DNA of 54,707 nt, counting the filler, from Sphacelaria rigidula (taxonomy: Eukaryota), in assembly GCA_964200075.2 (NCBI GenBank). It is 5 parts of 5 records of this genome, joined end to end, with 100 filler letters (N's around TTAATTAATTAA, not from the genome) between each part and the next. Parts side by side here need not be neighbours in the genome. Positions count along the whole stretch, not along the records: positions 43,849 to 54,707 come from CAXNAA020005779.1; 4 more parts are not named here. The stretch is one strand, 5' to 3'. Numbering within the stretch: position 1 is the stretch's first letter; each line of letters begins with the position of its first letter. The position numbers and the translations under genes were made by a program. Shown piece after piece: positions 49,632-54,707 of the stretch. A model generated the notes under the pieces. That model ran no database searches and was not told where the DNA came from. It was given only the letters and a program-made list of their open reading frames with translations.

Positions 49632-52600
49632 ATGCCCCGTAGTGGTCACCGCGGGCCTGGCACAGCATCACCACCATCACCGTCGTTAAGTCCTCCTCCG
49701 CGCGCGTTGGAGCTCGTGAAGGAGGAAGTACATCGCGCGCTGCAGGCCTTCTCAACTCGCGCCATCAAGGGGGCATCTGAGCCTCATGTGCCCTCCGATT
49801 TGCTGAGGCCGTTTGATGCTACAAAAGACGGCAGGGTTTCCTACTCGGACTTCGAGGCGGGCTTGCGAGGGCTGGGCGTACTAGACCTTACTCACCAAGA
49901 GGCCGAGTTGCTGGCACGTGACGTGGACGATAGCGGCACCGGGCTCGTTCAAAGGAGTAAATTCGAGGCCGCTGCCATGAAGGATTGGGGGCGGGATACG
50001 TCGTCGACGCGGAGGCGGTGCGACAGGGATGGCAACAAAATCAAGCCTGCCCACCATAAAAACCAACAACCTGCTTTCCCTGCTCGTGACGTGAAACGCG
50101 AAAGTTGGGAAACGGCGGACATTGCGAACATGGGCAGCCATGCCGTCGCCCGCGATACAAGATTGCCACGAACTCCTCGAGGCGATGAAAACTCCCAGAA
50201 AGACGTACATGAGCGACCGTCGCCACCGCTTCCACAGCCACAACCACCGCCGCCATCGCTGCCACTGCCACTGCCACCGCCACCGCCATCACCACCGCCG
50301 CCTGCGACACATCAAACACCGACATCAAAGCACCAGCATCAACCGGGTGGCCGATCCGGCGGTCCCGCCGTTTCCTTCGAAGATTGGCACCGCTTGGCAT
50401 GGAACAGGAGAAACAGAAGCAACTTCGATTTGGCCTCCAACTCTTCTGGGGGAAGCGCGCAAAGCGCAGCAGCAGCAGTGGACACAGACCGCTGCCTCCA
50501 CCACCGAGGTCAAGACACTCCCGGAAGGAGGCACCACACATCATATTCCAAAGCGCAAAAGCGACGTTCTTCATACCCTGGTCACCACGCTCTCTCGCCC
50601 CATCACCATCACCACCCTCATGCCTTACAAACTCTGCGTTTGTTGCTCGAAAGGGATGGGTTCGACTCGACGGCCGGTCGGACCGAATGGCGACCAACCT
50701 CTGCCGGGGGGGGCTACCAACAATCTGGGCAAGATCAAGGACACCGACCAAAAGAGTCCCGCGACGAAGGTCGCAACAAAAGGGGAAGAACAATAGACGA
50801 TGGCAACTGCACCGGTAGCGGCAAAGTCAACACCCGTACCGCGGGATTGGAGGGCGGTGGTGGGGGGAAGCAGGACAGAGGACGGCGCCTTTATCGTGAG
50901 GAGCGACGGCCCACCGACAGGGCAAGACCATCTTGCGCACCCGCTGGAAACAGAACCCACCCTGGCGCCGACCATTCGGGGCGAAAAAGCCGACGCCGTC
51001 ACTCGAAGACGGCGTGGAACCAAGACTCCACGAGGGAAGATTCCGAGGCCCATGCGAGTCGGGCCGAAAGCATTTTGCGGTCCCGTTCAAGAGGCGATCT
51101 AGTAGGCCTGCGGCGAGCGCTTTCCAAAGCAGACCCGTCGGGGTCCGGTGTGGTTTCTCAACGGGAAATGGAGCGTGTGATCCTGCGGCGGTTTGGGACT
51201 GGTCTCGATGCGGATGAAGCGAAGGAATTATCCTTGCGGTACCGCTCGGAGTTGAACGGGCGCTCCATGGTTGATTTCGGTCGTCTTGTCGACGCTGTGG
51301 AAGAGAGTGGAAAGGGTGACGTGTCGCCCATGGTAGGGGGAGGAGCAACGTGGCAGGAGTTCGAGCATTCGCATACAGAAAATAGGCAAGAGAAGGAGGG
51401 AAACAGGCGGCAGCGGTTGCAACAGAGAGCGGTGGGAGTAAATCAGGCACGGCGTAATAGGGTGGACTGTGATAGTGCATGGGACAGGGAAGGTGGTAGC
51501 GATGGACCTCCTGAGCAGAGTCAACTCATGAGGCGAGCCCGTTCCAAGACGCTGGCAGTTCTTGAGAACCACGGGTCTCGGAGCTTAGATTCTGTTCTGC
51601 AGTCTATTGACCCAGGTGTTTGTGCGTGTATGTACTAGTGTGTCGTGACAATCTTTTGAAACTAGCTCAAGGATAAGCATAGTGTCCACCTACCACTCTT
51701 CTACTATCTTGGCTAGAATCAGGACAAGTGCTCTACCTCAAATGTCCGACAACCTGCATCAACTACTGGAGAAGATTGCGTACTGGGAGTCGCTGATACT
51801 TTTCTGTACATCGATCAGTCGAACGATCACTGGTCGTCGCACCATATGTTTGTGCATAAATTGAAGCGACGTAAACGAAAACAAAATATAATAGGTTGCG
51901 TGTACGTTGTGATGCCACAAGATCGCCCCCAAGAAGGCAAGACTTGCGCTCCTCCTTGTTCCGTGGAATATACGTAAACAAGGGTACACATGTTGCTTAT
52001 GCTTCCTTGACGCTCGCACGATATTGGATACACGAGCCCTCATGGTACCACCAGTATTTTGATAGCTAATATAAGTGATGCAATTTGTCAAACGCCTGAG
52101 AAACAACACGAAATGATGAAGGGAATAACATTCCTCGATTCACCTGCAGTAAATTTATGTCCCCATTTCCCGCCGCCCGGTACCCCCAGCTCAAACCGGG
52201 AGATTGGCTCCCTCTCAAGTCCGAGAAGTTCTCGGCATCCTGGCAGGAGCGGATCCTCTTACCGACCTGGAGTATCGTGCTCTCTTTCGAAGTATCAGCA
52301 ACAGCGCTGGAGAGATTCACAGTCGGGTGAGAATAAACACAGGTACGAGTCTGAGATAATGTGGGTGCTGACAACTAGGGCGTCTTCGGTTGTGTCTCGC
52401 TGGCCAATTCCTGCCCGAATTCCATTGCTTGCCAGTAGGTCTTCGTCGCAAGATCGGTCGATTGGTACCTACTCATCAACTACGAGGTCCACCACGTATC
52501 TATACTGTTCAGTGTTTGAGCGGTTGAAAACAGCAACTACTGATGCCAAATTTTCGTCCAATTCCGCACTCCAGGACTTGTTGTGTCCAATCTTGGGGTA

Positions 52601-53001
52601 CAAATATACGGCGAGAACTGGTAGGTTACCACATCCTTGACACACATGAGCGCTACGGTGTCTCTTTGTACCATGTCATGTGTGTGCTGCAGGAGCTGCT
52701 CGACAACCTTCGCCATGCCGAGGCCGAAGAAGTCAGAGATCATGCGCAACGTCGACGGGCACGGGAGGACAAACTTCCCAAGACCGGCCGAGGCTCGGCG
52801 ATCCACTTTCGCCACAGTGATGTCACTGATTGGTGTGTATCGCCGGCCGGGGTCGGACCCAGGGAGGGGGAAGCGGTGGATACTGCAACCACTCCATCGA
52901 GGGGTAGGTGGAACCCCGAGGCTCGCAGGCACGCCCTCGTGTTTCAGAGATTACGTGACAGAGTGAGATGTATTCAAGATGACCGAGGCAGCGCCGGGCC
53001 G
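49632..53001 (+). CDS. Multi-EF-hand domain protein, 5' partial gene (exons 49632-51615, 52190-52326, 52693-53001; continuation not identified)
   Basis: 2-kb open exon with EF-hand loops FDATKDGRVSYSDFE, VDDSGTGLVQRSKFE and ADPSGSGVVSQREME. A phase-1 splice builds a further loop, IDP|AQTGRLAPSQVREVL, and a phase-0 join gives GEIHSR|ELLDNL. The start ATG and last donor are less certain. Confidence 0.8.
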
Positions 53002-53319
53002 GTGAGAAAATAACACTGACGCTAGTCTTTTGAAAACTTCCGTGAAACAGGACACAACAAGGTCCCAACAACTGACATTTAACTTTCCCGAATCTCTATT
53101 ATTATCTCCGACATGTTGTACTCGTCTGTTTGAGGAACGGTTTGCATAATACTCATTCACATGTCTGTACGCTTGGTCAATGTTTCTGTACCCTGAAAAC
53201 ACGACAAAAATACATTAATGATGGTGAGCCAACGCTGACGCGCGTGACAGTAGTGTCGCAGATATCAACACCAAGGATCTCGCACGCGTCGAAATTATGA
53301 AGAATATGGCGAAAAACGA

Positions 53320-53537
53320 AAATGGCGCTGGCATAAACCATAGATCATTGATCAGTATCAGCCAATCGGGCTCAGACCTCACCTTCCCGCTGCTGCAGCA
53401 AAGGGAAGAGATAACAAAAGAGATGTACAAAATGGCGAGAAACAAAAAATGACCCTGGCATGAACCATAGATAATTGATCATTACAAGCCGATCGGGCTC
53501 TGACCTCACCTTCCCTATTGCCGCAGCAGAGGGAATA
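53320..53537 (+). repeat. ~120-bp diverged tandem duplication
   Basis: ctggcat.aaccatagat.attgatca...atcgggctc.gacctcaccttccc..tgc.gcagca.agggaa occurs twice. Confidence 0.8.
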
Positions 53538-54707
53538 AGTTTCGCCTCCTCCTACAACGAGTTTGAGGCACCGTTGGATGGGGTAGTGCAGCGCAAAAAA
53601 AGTGTTAATTGATGTGGAGAGCATGGCGTTCTGCTGTCCACAGTAGTTACGTAATACGGATGAGTAACTATTCTTCCTCTGCGGGCTGGGCCAGTCGTAA
53701 AACTAGAACCCCTCGGCACACAACATCTTCTTCATTTTCCCGTATCAGCCCGATATAAGAATTACTCCGTGAACTGCAGACCAACCCGATCATGTAGGCT
53801 TTACCGCTAAAAAAGAAAATGAATAAAATTACTGAATAATATATGGCCTCAACGGCGGAATCAGGTTCTGCGAAAAAACGATGACATGTCGGGATTCAAA
53901 CTCGTGACCTCCATAATTGGCGTCTCCTGTATCACTTGGGTTACAGGGGCGCAGCGGTGTCACACAAAAGTTTCACGCTGGGCCTAATTTCGGGAGTAAT
54001 GATTATATTCAGCAGGATCTTCTGCGCACAGGTACAAAATTCGTGACAGGGGATGCCGCCATTTTTTTGAAGGAGTCACGGGGTTTCCAGTTTTTGTTGA
54101 AATTTCAAATCACTCTTAACTGTCTGTTTTTTTTGTTTTTGACATCCCCAGAGATGTTGCGCGTGTTGATAATAAAAACGTCGTGTCACAATTTAAGCGC
54201 CGAACTCCTCAAATTAAGCACCGCGTCACCAAAATACCGACAAAAAACACTACTGTATAAGCTGGCCCAGCTCGTAGTGCACTGTAACAGCCTTATTTGA
54301 TTACTGCGTGCACATGACCCTTAGACCACGAGGGCCATTCATACTTATTTCAAGTGAAATTGATGCCGACTCAACAGATTACCTACTCTCGCCGTCTGAG
54401 GGTTGTGACGGTTTAAGCTGACTTGTCTGTTAGTCTAGTCGGTTGTCTCTTAAACCGTCACAAAAGTTAGTCGCTGGTTTAATTCCCGTCGAACGCACTT
54501 TCTTTGAAGAAAAAAGAAGAGAGAAGACCTCTGTAGAAAATTGGCCCCAAGGAGAGAAAGCCTCAGTAAAAAATTGGCCCAAAGAGAAGGGTGGGGTATA
54601 ACCTGGTGCACACAGCTGCTGCAGCACAGGAAGTATGTTTGGAGTTGACTGCTACGGACCCCAGTGCACACACTCTTGGAATGAGTGGGGGAGACGAGTA
54701 ACTCTAG

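Overview
Eukaryotic, intron-rich and repeat-rich DNA, most consistent with a brown alga (Ectocarpus-like): long GT-AG introns, EsV-1-7 repeats and RTE-type LINE remnants. The window is not one locus. It is five unrelated contigs of 10863, 10862, 10862, 10861 and 10859 bp, sorted by length and joined by artificial 100-bp N/TTAATTAATTAA/N linkers, so nothing can be inferred across the linkers. Genes were spliced by hand. Contig 1: first two exons of a G-protein alpha subunit. Contig 2: the last eight exons of a calpain-7/PalB-like protease with three C-terminal CBSW domains, plus a 41-bp palindromic repeat array. Contig 3: the 3' part of POLE3/DPB4, and a complete 3-exon gene (~1071 aa) that fuses an intact-looking histidine phosphatase, an intron-split F-box and an unrecognised C-terminal region; this is the most novel-looking item. 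Contig 4: a ~189-bp satellite and a frameshifted EsV-1-7 repeat gene. Contig 5: the 5' part of a multi-EF-hand protein. Several MITE, SINE and LINE fragments are scattered throughout. All family calls come from motif recognition, not database searches.
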